A stretch of 60,264 nucleotides of DNA from Octopus bimaculoides (Eukaryota): assembly GCF_001194135.2 (NCBI RefSeq), contig NC_068996.1, positions 53,869,701 through 53,929,964 on the forward strand, written 5' to 3'. The notes under the pieces were generated by a model. That model did no database searches. It had not been told where the DNA came from and worked only from the letters and a program-made list of their open reading frames with translations. Below, in pieces: positions 24,995 to 36,794 of the stretch; within the stretch, counting starts at the first letter, position 1; each line of letters starts with the position of its first letter. The position numbers and the translations under genes are program-made.

Positions 24995-26383
24995 AGAGTT
25001 AGGCTGGTCAAAGGTAGAACATGAAGGAGAAAAAATTTGAATGGATATAAAATTTTAGCATCTCAAATGCATTTCATATAATGATAAATTTTCACATCAA
25101 AAATCAACATAATTTTCATATAATTCTTAGATATTTTTACTTTGAATTCTGGTATTTTTCTGTTGAATGTTCACTGTATGTGTTATGAATGTTCAGTGTA
25201 ATTATTATGAAACTATGTGAATATAAATACATTTCAACTGTAACTATGATATTGTAATTTAAAAATGAATCTGTCAATACCATTGCTATTACATTCAGTG
25301 ACGTATGAGATTTACAATTTTGTGTTTACTTTAAAGCAAATCATTTTACTAAGAGATTCCATCTGGTTCAGTACCAGAAGTCAATGAAGTGAACGACTCA
25401 CCCCACGGATTACCGCAAAGGGTGATGTCAGTACTACATTTGATGGGTCAGATATATATTGCTAGTTATAGTATTAGTTATGCAGTCAATATATGATAGA
25501 CACTTCTTTATTGAAAATATATTGGAAGATTATGTGATTGATACACTGCTTCATTAGTATGTTGTCAAGGCTCTTGGAATGTTTTATCTCTGACTGAAGA
25601 CACAAGAGGTATATATTTGAAAGGTAGGTAAGTGGTGGTATTGGTGGTGTTTGTCGATATAATGGCGATTTGAAAATAATATTTATAAAGAACACTTCTT
25701 ACTGACTGCTCTATTAACTGATGTAACACAAAAATCTGTCCTCTTGATTATTACTTTTGAGGTGATGATGTGTGGCCTTGTGGTTAGGGTGTTAGGCATT
25801 TGGTAATGGGTTTCATTTAGGAGCTGGATGATACAGGATGTCCTTCTCCAAGACAATGTATATTCCATTGTTCCAGTCAATTTAGCTGTAATTGTGCAGC
25901 AGTGGCAGTAGCAACAGCAGCAGTGGGAGCAGCAGCAATAGTAGGGGATTAACACTCTAATGGACTAGCATCCTATTTAGTGGGTGTTTTTCAAATACAG
26001 AAATAGCAATCACCAATGTTTTATTTCTGCTATAGGAAGGCTGTCATGAGTTGGCCCATTCACCTCAATTCAGCGATGACGAGGATAAAGATGACAATTA
26101 CAATGATGGCAGTGGTGATGATGATGACAGTGACAACTGATGGAGAATTTCTTGTCTTTGTTGTTGGGTCCCAGACATAATATGATCAAAGACCTTCTAA
26201 CCATGACCATGGCAATGGTTGGAGTTGGACAAGGTTTGCGGACAGATATTGTTCCCATATCTGATTCACCTAGTTGCAGAAATCAAAATGTCTATTCTTT
26301 TTTTTTACTTTGTTACCTGAAAATGCACCAAATTGTTTTCTTCGATAAAGATAACTCTGTGAATATTTATGTTCTATTTCTAG

Positions 26384-26515
26384 TCTACAGCTGCAATGAA
26401 GTCAACAACTGTGGTAGAAATGCCGCTTGTGTCTATTCTCCTGAAGAGGGAAGATATAAGTGTGAATGTGAATCTGGATTCAGTGGTGATGGAATGATGT
26501 GCAGTACTACAGAAC
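26384..26515 (+). CDS. NID: Nidogen exon: rod EGF 4 (VYSCNEVNNCGRNAACVYSPEEGRYKCECESGFSGDGMMCSTTE)
   Basis: ttctag|TC...GAAC|gtaaga, 132 nt, phase 1-1. Confidence 0.92.
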
Positions 26516-27019
26516 GTAAGAACACAGAAATCTTTCATTCTTGCTTATCTTATTTTGAAATTCTCTTAGAATATTGTTACAATATTTACTTTTCTTAAAT
26601 ATCATCTTTAATTTACATGTGGATGATTTTTCTTATAGGAGTTGGATTGCTTAAAGATTATCTTCATTTAACCTTTTTTAGATATCAACCTACATAAAAC
26701 TGTTCTTGTTTCTGTGACACAAAATTTCTTGTTTTGAAATTATCTAAATTAAAACTTTCAATCAAAATTCATATTAATTTATGTTTCAAACACCAGTTTG
26801 ATAACAACAAAGTTATATTTTAAATTAAAAATTAATTGTCAAAATTAATTGGATTGAAGGCGGTGTACTTCAACAGAAATAGGATAACTAAGGGGTCAAA
26901 GTGATCAAGATTTCCATCAAAATTTTTTCTGCAATAAGAGTAAAGTATGTTCTCATGTATCTAGGAAAAAAGCCTTTTGTCTGAGTTACATTAAATCGCT
27001 AACAGACACACTTCAGCTT

Positions 27020-27330
27020 CTGGCCTACAAGCATGTTGTCTCTTCTCTCTGTCTTTAGTATCATTGCTATAATGGCCTCTGTTCTTCGGAGCTGGCTAGT
27101 CTCATACCAGCTTCTTTTAGGAATCCCTCATCATTTCATTTCTTCTCTCTTATCACCCATATTTCACATCCCACCTTCCAACCTTGTACTAATCACTAAT
27201 TCCAGTCCTTCTTCTTCAAATGGCATGTCAGTTTTGGAGAAATTCTTGATGCTTGAGTTTATCTCTCCTTCTCAAGTGGAACTGGTTATGATTGACATTT
27301 GAAAATTATGATATGTCCTCTAGAGACAAA
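27020..27330 (+). mobile_element. CR1/Jockey-like LINE 3' remnant
   Basis: Reads SSLCL*YHCYNGLCSSELASLIP...SFFFK, resembling the CR1-clade C-terminal SLSLFYRYY.G.CSSELA.L.P...SFF motif. Confidence 0.55.
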
Positions 27331-28046
27331 GATAATTTTGGTAAATCAAGAATTTATGTTGTATGGTATTTCATATATCTGTAATGTTTTCTAAGTTATT
27401 CAAATACATCTCACTGGATGCATACAATTACTTCTGCAGCTAATTTTTGTTTATATATGTGTCATTATCATCATCATTTAAGATCCGTTTTCAATGCTGG
27501 CATGGGTTGGACAGTTTGACAAGAGCTGGCTAACTAGGGAGTTGCAGCAGGCTCCAGTTGTCTGTTTTGGCCTGGTTTCTAGAACTGGATGCCCTTCCTA
27601 ACACTGACCACTTTACGGAGTGTACTAGGTACTTTTGGCTGTCAGTCATATAAAATGCTAGTGGAAACGAACACAAGTAGGACTAAGAAGCACACTAGAA
27701 TGGATGGTCATGGTGGCTGGGATGGTCTTCATGTAACCGTTTTCTACTCCTCACCTGCCTTTACAATATGCTTTTGCCTATTTTATTGCATTCATCCATT
27801 GTTCCTGAAGTTTCTGTTGATCTTTTCTCGATAACCTTTTCCCCACAAATACCCTGATTCCTTGTCTCTCTCACCTCTCTCCTTCTTTCATGCAAATCTC
27901 TCACTCACATTCACCTATATAATGTGGAACAGACACACAAAGCTTTATTTGCATGACTTAAACATTTTGTTCTTTTCTTGTAATCTAATTTGAACAATTA
28001 GTTTTAATTAATTCATGCAAATAATAATTTTCATTTTAAATTTCAG

Positions 28047-28169
28047 TTGAGGAAAATTGTGAGAATTGTGATGAACATGCACATTGTTTCTTTGACACTG
28101 AAAGACTATTCCATCATTGCCGTTGTAATGCTGGCTTTACTGGAGATGGAAGAACCTGTACTTACATTG
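28047..28169 (+). CDS. NID: Nidogen exon: rod EGF 5 (LEENCENCDEHAHCFFDTERLFHHCRCNAGFTGDGRTCTYI)
   Basis: tttcag|TT...ATTG|gtaatg, 123 nt, phase 1-1. Confidence 0.93.
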
Positions 28170-28358
28170 GTAATGTATTATTGACTCAAAAATCTTCCTT
28201 CAGTTCAAAATTTTGACAATAATGTATTGATATATATAATCTTGTACAATCGTGGGTTATGTGTTTATTGTGTTTGGTTAAATAACTGATAAAATAATTC
28301 TATGAAATTTCTCCAATTAGATTGTGATTACTTATAAAAATTTTCTTTATAACAACAG

Positions 28359-28562
28359 ATACTTGCCGGCAATGCTCCCCTTATGCAGATTGTGTGTTTG
28401 AGCAAACTCTCCAACAACATGTCTGCCGCTGTAAACCACGTTATGAAGGAAATGGTCAACAGTGCTCTCCAAGGCGCTGCCCTAGGTGTGGACAAAATGC
28501 TAGATGCCAATATGATCCAGAACGCAACAGCCATAGATGTGTTTGTGAGCCAGGATACACAG
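28359..28562 (+). CDS. NID: Nidogen exon: rod EGF 6 and most of EGF 7 (DTCRQCSPYADC...QCSPRRCPRCGQNARC...CVCEPGYT)
   Basis: caacag|AT...ACAG|gtatta, 204 nt; EGF 7 is completed by the next exon. Confidence 0.92.
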
Positions 28563-29093
28563 GTATTATATTAAAATAATGAAAATAATTGTTTAAAAAG
28601 AGTATGATATGTTCTGTAGAAGTTCACATTTCTGCTATGATATTTTGATATACATGATTTATGTATATATTTAATTATATATATAGATTCACACATGCAT
28701 ATAGATACATACTTACAGAGAGAGAGAGAGAGAGAGAGGAGGTGATTTGATATTCATAACCCTTATGTTTACCACATGAAGCACTTCTACATTTATTGGC
28801 TGTTGGAAAATTGAGAAATCTGAAATTTTATTCATACTACACTCTAATTATTTGAAAATCCATAAATATCCATAGATAATGTATACTAACAGATATAGAA
28901 GAATAAAGTTAATGTATCATTTTAACACATCATTTACAATTGTTTCATCATTATCCAATTTAATCAATCTTGTATCATTTTGTAACCATACCAGCAATTA
29001 TTAATTTCCATGTGCTACAAAACAAATCCTGTGTTGCTCATGGAAATTAATCAGTAGTTGCTGACATGGTTACAAATGGCCCATGATTGATTA

Positions 29094-29160
29094 AATTGTG
29101 ATGAAAATGCACATTGTTTCTTTGGCACTGAAAGACTATACCATCATTGTTGTTGTAGTA
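29094..29160 (+). pseudogene. Decayed partial duplicate of rod EGF-5 exon (pseudo-exon)
   Basis: aattgtgatgaaaatgcacattgtttctttggcactgaaagactataccatcattg compared with the exon aattgtgatgaacatgcacattgtttctttgacactgaaagactattccatcattg; in-frame TGA at 29088 and no AG acceptor nearby. Confidence 0.9.
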
Positions 29161-29217
29161 ATGAAATGATTGTAAAAGATGCATTAAAATTATTTGTTAA
29201 ACCCATTCTTTTATATC

Positions 29218-29280
<63 letters not shown>

Positions 29281-29728
29281 ATTTGAAGAAAGATTTTTCT
29301 AAATGTTATTAACTATTGACAAAAGATCTTAGAAAAACAGAATGACATGAACCTTTTGGAATGAAGGTCATTATTTTTTTAGAAATGAATTTTATTGCAA
29401 AAAATAAGCCAACACATTTGAGTCACATTTCAAACCACATTCTTGCATGTTGCTTGTAAACCACGGTTGAGTGACAACTTGTGGGAATTTATTTTATGTG
29501 AAGTTTATGAGTTTACTTTGAAAAAATAATTTTTCTTCTTATATATATATATATATATATATGAGCAGGGTGATATGAGGGTTTTGACTTTTTCTGGTTT
29601 TGTTAAAGGAAAACATAATCTAGGAAATATTGTTTAAAATAGCTTTTATTCAATCAAAAGTAGAAAATACGTGCAAATAGTTTCTAGTTTAATTTAATTT
29701 ATTCATATTTTTGGTAACTCTGTTACAG

Positions 29729-29884
29729 GAGATGGAAGATACTGCCAACCATCAACTTCATGCCATGTTGTCAATAACTGTGACAGAAATGCTGACTGTG
29801 TGCCAGACCGACGCCAGCAAGGACACTATATTTGTCAATGTAAAGCAGGATATAAAGGAAATGGATTGAAGTGTGTAGAAAGAG
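29729..29884 (+). CDS. NID: Nidogen exon: end of EGF 7 plus rod EGF 8 (GDGRYCQPSTSCHVVNNCDRNADC...CQCKAGYKGNGLKCVER)
   Basis: ttacag|GA...AGAG|gtatat, 156 nt, phase 1-1. Confidence 0.92.
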
Positions 29885-30006
29885 GTATATAATTAATGAC
29901 TTTCAAGAATTTTGAGATTTTGGGTATTTTGTGTCTTGGAATTTTCTGCAATGTATTCTGTTACATTTATTTTTATACATTTTTGTTTTATTTTTTTTTC
30001 CCCTAG

Positions 30007-30141
30007 AAATAAGCTGCAATCTACAAAACCACTGTCATGAACATGCAGTGTGTGTTTATCACGATTTAGTACGGCACTACCAATGCATATGCAAGTCTGG
30101 TTATGAAGGAGATGGAATCAATTGCAGAAGGAAGTCACATG
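30007..30141 (+). CDS. NID: Nidogen exon: rod EGF 9 (EISCNLQNHCHEHAVC...CICKSGYEGDGINCRRKSH)
   Basis: ccctag|AA...CATG|gtatag, 135 nt, phase 1-1. Confidence 0.93.
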
Positions 30142-30381
30142 GTATAGAATTTAAACATAAACATTTCATAATAACAGAAATTATAGAAAGAGTTTGTAGT
30201 ATATGTCCTCTGATTAATTTGGTTTCAAAGTATTGTTTGATATTAAATTGTAGGAATTTTGATCAAATTTAGCTCCAATATTTCCATGCCTTGCTCATGT
30301 TCTGCTCCTAGCTTCCATACAGTAGTCATAACTCATGATTATCCTGCCTCCATCCATGCATGTGTACTTCCATGTGTGGTG

Positions 30382-30412
<31 letters not shown>

Positions 30413-32450
30413 GCTTTCCATGCTAGCATGGGTTGGACGATTTGACTGAGGACTGGTGAAACCGGATGGCAACACCAGGCTCCAGTCTAATTTGTCAGAG
30501 TTTCTACAGCTGGATGCCCTTCCTACGCCAACCACTCAGAGAGTGTAGTGGGTGCTTTTTACGTGCCACCGGCATGAGGGCCAGTCAGTCGATACTGGCG
30601 ATGGCCACGCTCAAATGGTGTTTTTTATGTGCCACCTGCACAGAAGCCAGTCCAGTGGCACTGACAACGACCTTGCTCGAATGTTGTTTTTAACATGCCA
30701 CCGGCACAAGTGCCAGTAAGGTGACACTGGTAACAGTCATGCTCGAATGGTGCTTTTTATGTGCCACCAGCACGGGAGCCAGTCAGTGGCCCTGGCAATG
30801 ATCACACTTAGATGGTGCTTTTAACGTTCCACTGGCACGGGTGCCAATCAGGTGGTGCTGTCATCGGCCATGTCAGCAAATTTGATTTTGATTGTGATTT
30901 CACTTGCCTCAACAGGTCTTTGCAAGCAAAGTTTAGTGTCCAACAAAAGAAAGGTACGCATAAGTAGGATGGCATGGGCCACGGGTTATGGTCTCAATTG
31001 GCTTGCCGGGTCTTCTCAAGCACAGCATATTTCCAAAGGTCTTGATCACTAGTCATTACCTCGGTGAGGCCCAATGTTTGAAGGTCTTGCCTCACCACCT
31101 CATCCCAGGTCTTCCTGGGCCTACCTCTCCCACAGATTCTGTTCAACCGCTAGGGTGTGGCACTTTTTCACATAGCTATCCGCATCCATTCTCGCCACAT
31201 GACCATACCAGCGCAATCGTCTCTCTTGCACACCACAACTGATGCTTCTTAGGTCTAACTTTTCTCTCAAGGTACTTACACTCTGTCGAGTATTACACAT
31301 CCATCAGATCATACTGGCTTCATTCCTTGAAAATGACGCATGTCCCCAGCAGTCACGGTCCATGTTTCATTGCCATGTAGCATGGCTGTTTGTACACATG
31401 CGTCATACAGTCTGCCTTTTACTCTGAGCGAGAGGCCCTTTGTCACCAGCAGAGGTAGGAGCTCTCTGAACTTTGTCCAAGCTATTCTTATTCTAGCAGC
31501 TACACTTTCAGAGCATCCACCCCAGCTACTGACTTGGTCCCCAAGGTAATGGAAGTTATCAACGACTTGTAGTGTTTCTCCCTGGAATGTGACAGAAGTT
31601 GTTCTCTGCACATTTCCAGTGTTTATTGCTCCTGAGCATTTGCTACATACAAAAACTATCTTCCCAGTTAACCTTCCTCTGATATTGCTGCACCTCTTAT
31701 GTGTCCATAGCTTACACTGGGTACATCTTATAGAGTTTCTACCTATACTTTTTCTACAGATCATGCTGGGCCATCTACCTAAGGGATTTGTGGCTTGTCT
31801 GCCTTCCTACTTATTAAGACTTTGGTTTTAGCTAGGTTGACTCTAAGGCTCTTCTATTCTAATCTTTGCTTCTACTCCTGAAACTTTTCCTCTAGTTCTG
31901 ATAGTGACTCTGCAATTAGTGCAAGGTCATCAGCATAGAGGAGCTCCCAGGGGCATCCTGTCTTGAATTCCTCTGTTATTGCCTGGAGGACTATGATGAA
32001 TAAGAGGGGGCTGAGGACTGATCCTTGGTGGACCCCTACCCGTACTCGGAATTCTTCACTGTATTCGTTGCCAACCCTCACCTTACTGACAGCATCCCTG
32101 TACATGGCGTACACAGCTCTCACTAACCATTCTTCTATCCCTAGTTTTCTCATTGACCACCAGATCAGGGGACCCTGTCAAAGGCTTTCTTCATGTCAAC
32201 TAAAGCCAGGTACAGAGGTGTATCTTTGGCTAGGTATTTCTCCTGAAGCTGTCTTGCCAGAAATATAGCATCAGTGGTGCTTTTCCCTGGCACGGACCCA
32301 AACTGCATCTCATCTAAACTGACTCTCTCCCTAATTAGTTGGGCTATGACCCTCTCTGTGACCTTCATTACCTGATTCAATAACTTGATACCTCTGTAAT
32401 TATTTGTATCTAAAGCGTCACTTTTACTTTTGTAACAGTTGACTATGGAG
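30382..32450 (-). mobile_element. 5'-truncated RTE LINE (RT plus 3'UTR with (GAT)n tail)
   Basis: QFGSVPGKSTTDAIF, VDMKKAFDRVP, GVHQGSVLSPLLF, YADD; highly similar to the 21022-24520 copy; frameshifted. Confidence 0.95.
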
Positions 32451-33081
32451 GTAAATATATAGAATCTGTTTTGCTGTCTTTTAGATTTTATCAGAGATAT
32501 ATAAAGTTTGTAGACTACCTAAATGATTTTAGTGTTGCTGTGTATGCGTGTTGTGGTTGTAGTCTTCTTACATGTGATTTTCATAATAAAATAATGTTCT
32601 TGATAGGTTCTAGGTGGAATTGTTCAGACCAATTGTTAATTGGTCTTGAAGAAACGCAATTCTATTTAGTAAATGTTATATTAGTGTGTAGAAGTATGTA
32701 AGTAATTCGCAAAGGGGGCAATTATAAATGCAAATTGTTTATTCTTTTTTATTGGTTTGGTGAAGGGAAAGGAACTGTCTCCCATAGCCACCATTGACAC
32801 TCTAAGACTGGTGAGATCACTGTGGCTAATGGTTTAATGATCCTTTCGAAAAGCTGCTAGAGAAATATGGGCAATTTTGGAATTCCAGAAGTACAACATT
32901 TTTGGGAAGAAAGGTTGGACTTAATAATTAGTTCAGGGCCTAAAAAAAAAAGAATATAATAAGGATGATGAAAAAAGGAGCTGAGTGGTTCAAGAGTGCC
33001 CAAGTGGAGGTGGCACAAAAGAAGTCAGTTCTGTGGAGCAAAGGGCTACTATAGTATTGGTAGAAGAGAGAGAGAGGGAGA

Positions 33082-33140
<59 letters not shown>

Positions 33141-33194
33141 NNNNNNNNNNNNNNNNNNNNNNNNNNNNNNNNNNNGAAGAGAGAGAGAGGGAGA

Positions 33195-33233
<39 letters not shown>

Positions 33234-33745
33234 AGAGAGAGAGAGAGAGAGAGCATGTCTTTGGGTGAGAAATTGAACTGTGTGCAAATGCAGTACTACA
33301 GTATTATCTGTATTTTTTATGAAATATTTAGTTTCGATGAAGACATAATTTTGGTAAAATACCTGGAGGCAGCGTAGCATCTAGTTTTTGCTGCTGTAAT
33401 TAAGAAATACTATTCACTTTTGTCAAGAAATGGTTGGGTTGTAGTATGAAGGTTATTATTCAGGATACACTGATTCTGTTTTGTTGTCTAGTTTCTTAAG
33501 ATCTTCTCAAAGTCTCTGGTAGTTACAAGAGCAGAAATGAGTTAGTGTCCCATGGAATTTATTATTAGAAAGTTAAGGTAACTCCTCTCAGATTCCATTC
33601 TTGTGATTTGAGTTTAACTGGCTCTGTGACTTAACTGAAAGTGAGCTTTGTCTAAAGCAAACAAATAATGTAGACTCTATTAAGTTGATCACCTCCTTCA
33701 ACAGTTTGTTTTGATGGAGTTGATATTGTGCTTATTGCTGTAGCT

Positions 33746-34057
33746 AAGGGGTTCTCAACCATTTTTTGTCTATGGACCCCTTTGATTACTATTTTATTCT
33801 GGTGAACCTCCACAGCCATTTGATGTTTAAAAATTAGTTTTATAGAAACTTCTTTGAAAATTCCTATTTTGTTTTTCACACATTAACTTGTGTAGGTTGA
33901 ATTATGTAAAATGTTAGAGAAAGAAACCATGTTGTTTCTTGCAATACATACCAATACATATATCTAAAGCAAAAATTTTTCAGGATCTCTTAAAATACTA
34001 TTGTAGATCTGCATGGGCCCCCAAAAATCTCATATGGACCCTGTTTGAGAACCACTG
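33746..34057. mobile_element. hAT(Charlie)-type MITE
   Basis: Termini aaggggttctcaacc ... gtttgagaaccactg resemble CAGTGGTTCTCAAC TIRs; no clear TSD. Confidence 0.6.
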
Positions 34058-34919
34058 TTCTGGCACATTTAAAAAAAATTTCTGATTTATCATACAAAGT
34101 ACTCAAATGGTTAAAATCTTCCAGTTGCAAAACATTTTAATTTCTTCTATGAGCCTTAAACTGATTCACATGAGCTTTCAGAGCCATATAGACCAATACT
34201 CTGGCCTTGATTCTTTAAAATTGTTTTAATTTTTGCATGCCTTTGTTTTTCATATCAAATACTTTGACATTGTCATATCTAATTCTCTACAGGTTTTGAT
34301 CCAAAATTTTTAAACTCACAGAAATTTAAACAATGTTCTGTGTTTTCTTTGTTTGAGAACCAAACTCACAATTTCTCACTTTAGAAGAAGATTTATGTCT
34401 TTTCTGTTAACTAGATTTCAGTTGTAAATAGAATGACCTGACAAATTCCTAATTGTTTATATCCAAGTTGGAGATAATATTCCTAATCCTTTAAACTTGG
34501 AATAGTGTTACTACTTTAAAGCCAAATCAACAAGAGATATGATTAATGTTTTATATCCTTCTATTTGTTGGATACACAGATTTCATGAAGCAGAGATAGA
34601 CACAACTGTCTTCAAACGACATACTTCAAATTACTCCACTAAACACGATACTCCAATAAATACAAACTCTTAATGATCTCAATGACTTCCTACGACTTCC
34701 AGGAACTCTCAATGACTCCTACGACTTCTCTTTGTCTCAATCAATATGCTACTGTTTATGAGAGTTTGGCTAGTCCATTCTTCCAATCCCACAGAAGTGT
34801 CAATGACTCTTGCCTCAACAATATGATTGCTTTGTTTTCATACCATTCAATACGTTGGCCTATTTTAAGGTGGTGAGCTGGCAAAATTGTAACCACACCA
34901 GGCAAGATGCTTAGCACTA

Positions 34920-35291
34920 TTCTATATTTTGGGGATGGGAAACTATGTACATTATTTACAATGGACAGATAGGTGTCCTCACCTTGTCTGTTGCTATCAC
35001 AACATTTCGGTTAATGTATTCTCCAGCCTTCATCAGGTGTTGTGGTGGAATTTCAAACCCAACCCTTTATTTGACTAATGGGGTACACTGTTCTCATTCC
35101 TAACATTTGTTGCTGATGCTATTTTTCTGTTGATATTATTTTTCAAGTTCCTGCCTGGGATTGAACATAGTATCTGAGGGTTAGTAGCCTGTGCTCTTAT
35201 CCACTACGCTATATGCCCACAGGAGAGTACATCAGCCGAAACGTTGTGGTAACAACAAACAAGATGAGGACACCTATCCGTCCATTGTAAA
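34920..35291 (-). mobile_element. Second copy of the hammerhead-bearing tRNA-headed element (34920-35220), with an abutting inverted 3' fragment (35222-35291), inserted in a family-B SINE
   Basis: Minus strand: A-box TAGCGTAGTGG (35201-35211), B-box GTTCAATCCC (35157-35166), motif AACAC-CTGATGA-A-GGCTG...TAACC-GAA-ATGT-T-GTGA (34997-35041). Host SINE halves at 34869-34919 and 35292-35438. Confidence 0.78.
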
Positions 35292-35560
35292 TTTTGAATT
35301 CAAATTCCACCAAGGTCAACTTTTCCTTTCATTCTTTCAGGGTTAATAAAATAAGTACCAGTCATGTACTGGGATCGATGTAATTAACTTACATCCCTCC
35401 CACAAAATTGTTGGCCTTGTGCCAAAACGTGAAACCAATATGTTGGCTTATTCTTCTTCTGGGATCTCAAATCCTTCTTTAAATATATCAAGATTTTTGT
35501 CTTCTTCAGTTTCTATTGATTCAAAAGATCTGTCTGTATAATGATGTCTTTGACTTGCAG

Positions 35561-35680
35561 AAACCGACTGTGCCATCGACCGTAGTTTGTGTCATGCATA
35601 TGCAGAGTGCCAAGCCATTAGAGAAAGAAATGTATGCGTTTGCCGTCCAGGTTTTCGTGGAGATGGAATTCACTGTTCAA
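35561..35680 (+). CDS. NID: Nidogen exon: rod EGF 10 (ETDCAIDRSLCHAYAECQAIRERNVCVCRPGFRGDGIHCS)
   Basis: ttgcag|AA...TCAA|gtataa, 120 nt, phase 1-1. Confidence 0.92.
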
Positions 35681-35954
35681 GTATAAATCTTATATTCATT
35701 TCATTACATAAATGCATTACATGTTCTTATGGTGATGAAGAATCTAAAGTCATTCATTCAATGATGTTTATATTTCAGAATTTCTCATAAACTTCTGAAT
35801 CCATTCAATGAAGTGCTTTTGTTCCGTTAGATAGCACCCCTCCCAACGCACACATCACATACATGTGTATGCATGTGTGCGTGCACACACATACACACAT
35901 ACACACTCACAAGTGCATCAAATCAAAAGTTGGATATTATCAAATAAACTAGAG

Positions 35955-36120
35955 CCATGGCTCTCAACCTTTTTAATATCTGAGCCAGATCTAAAACCTG
36001 GATTTCTTTAGGGGTCATACCAATAAAAGTAAAATACAATTTATTCTGTCTATAGAGGGGTTACCTGAAGGATGCTTGAGGGCCACATGTGACTCTGGGA
36101 AGCATGACTGAGAACCACTG
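35955..36120. mobile_element. hAT(Charlie)-type MITE with 8-bp TSD
   Basis: aactagag-CCATGGCTCTCAACC ... GACTGAGAACCACTG-aactagaa; 7/8 TSD match with a CTAG core. Confidence 0.75.
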
Positions 36121-36301
36121 AACTAGAATATTACTTATCATATGATGGGTAACTTTATACTTTTTCTACTATGCGTAATATCAAAAAATTAGGTGATACC
36201 TACTGTGATTATAAGTTTTATGAAATGTTTTGGTGATTATACAAAATGATAAAATAAATACTAATTTTCCAAAGAAAATGATCTATTACCATAAAATCAA
36301 A

Positions 36302-36720
36302 TCAAATCAAATAAAATAATACAGGTGTGCAAGAGAGACAACTGTGCTGGTATGGGGATATGATGTGTGTATCTGAGGACAGCTGTGGAAAAAAGTGCTG
36401 ATCTCTGTGGAGGGAAGAGGTAGATCTAGGAAGACATGAGACGAAGTGGCGAAGTATGATCTTTGAATGTTGGGCCCCATGGAAGTAGTGACAAGTGATT
36501 GAGACTTTTGGTGATTTGCTATGCTTGAGAAGACCAGTTAAGTGAAATTGTAGTTGTGGCTGGTGTCGGTGACATGTAGAGTCACCTGTGTTGGTGACAT
36601 GTAGAGGCCCCCATGCTGGTGACACATAAAAGGCACCCACTGCACTCTTGGAATGGTTGGTGTTAGGAAAGTCATCAACACTGGTTTTCAAGCAGTGGTA
36701 GGATACAGACACAGACATAA
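36302..36720 (+). mobile_element. RTE-related 3' fragment in sense orientation
   Basis: Contains gtgcaagagaga...gatgtg and ttgagaagac...ggcacccactgcactc...gaatggttgg, shared (diverged) with the RTE 3' ends. Confidence 0.6.
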
Positions 36721-36794
36721 GCACACACACAAGCACGCACGCACGCACGCACACGCGCACACACATAATTGATGAGAGCTATAGAGCCATTATT

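Noticed and set aside
34580-34730. Possible extra rod exon after cacag
   Set aside because: The phase-1 frame hits a stop at once and there is no Cys pattern; only a short duplicated 20-mer.
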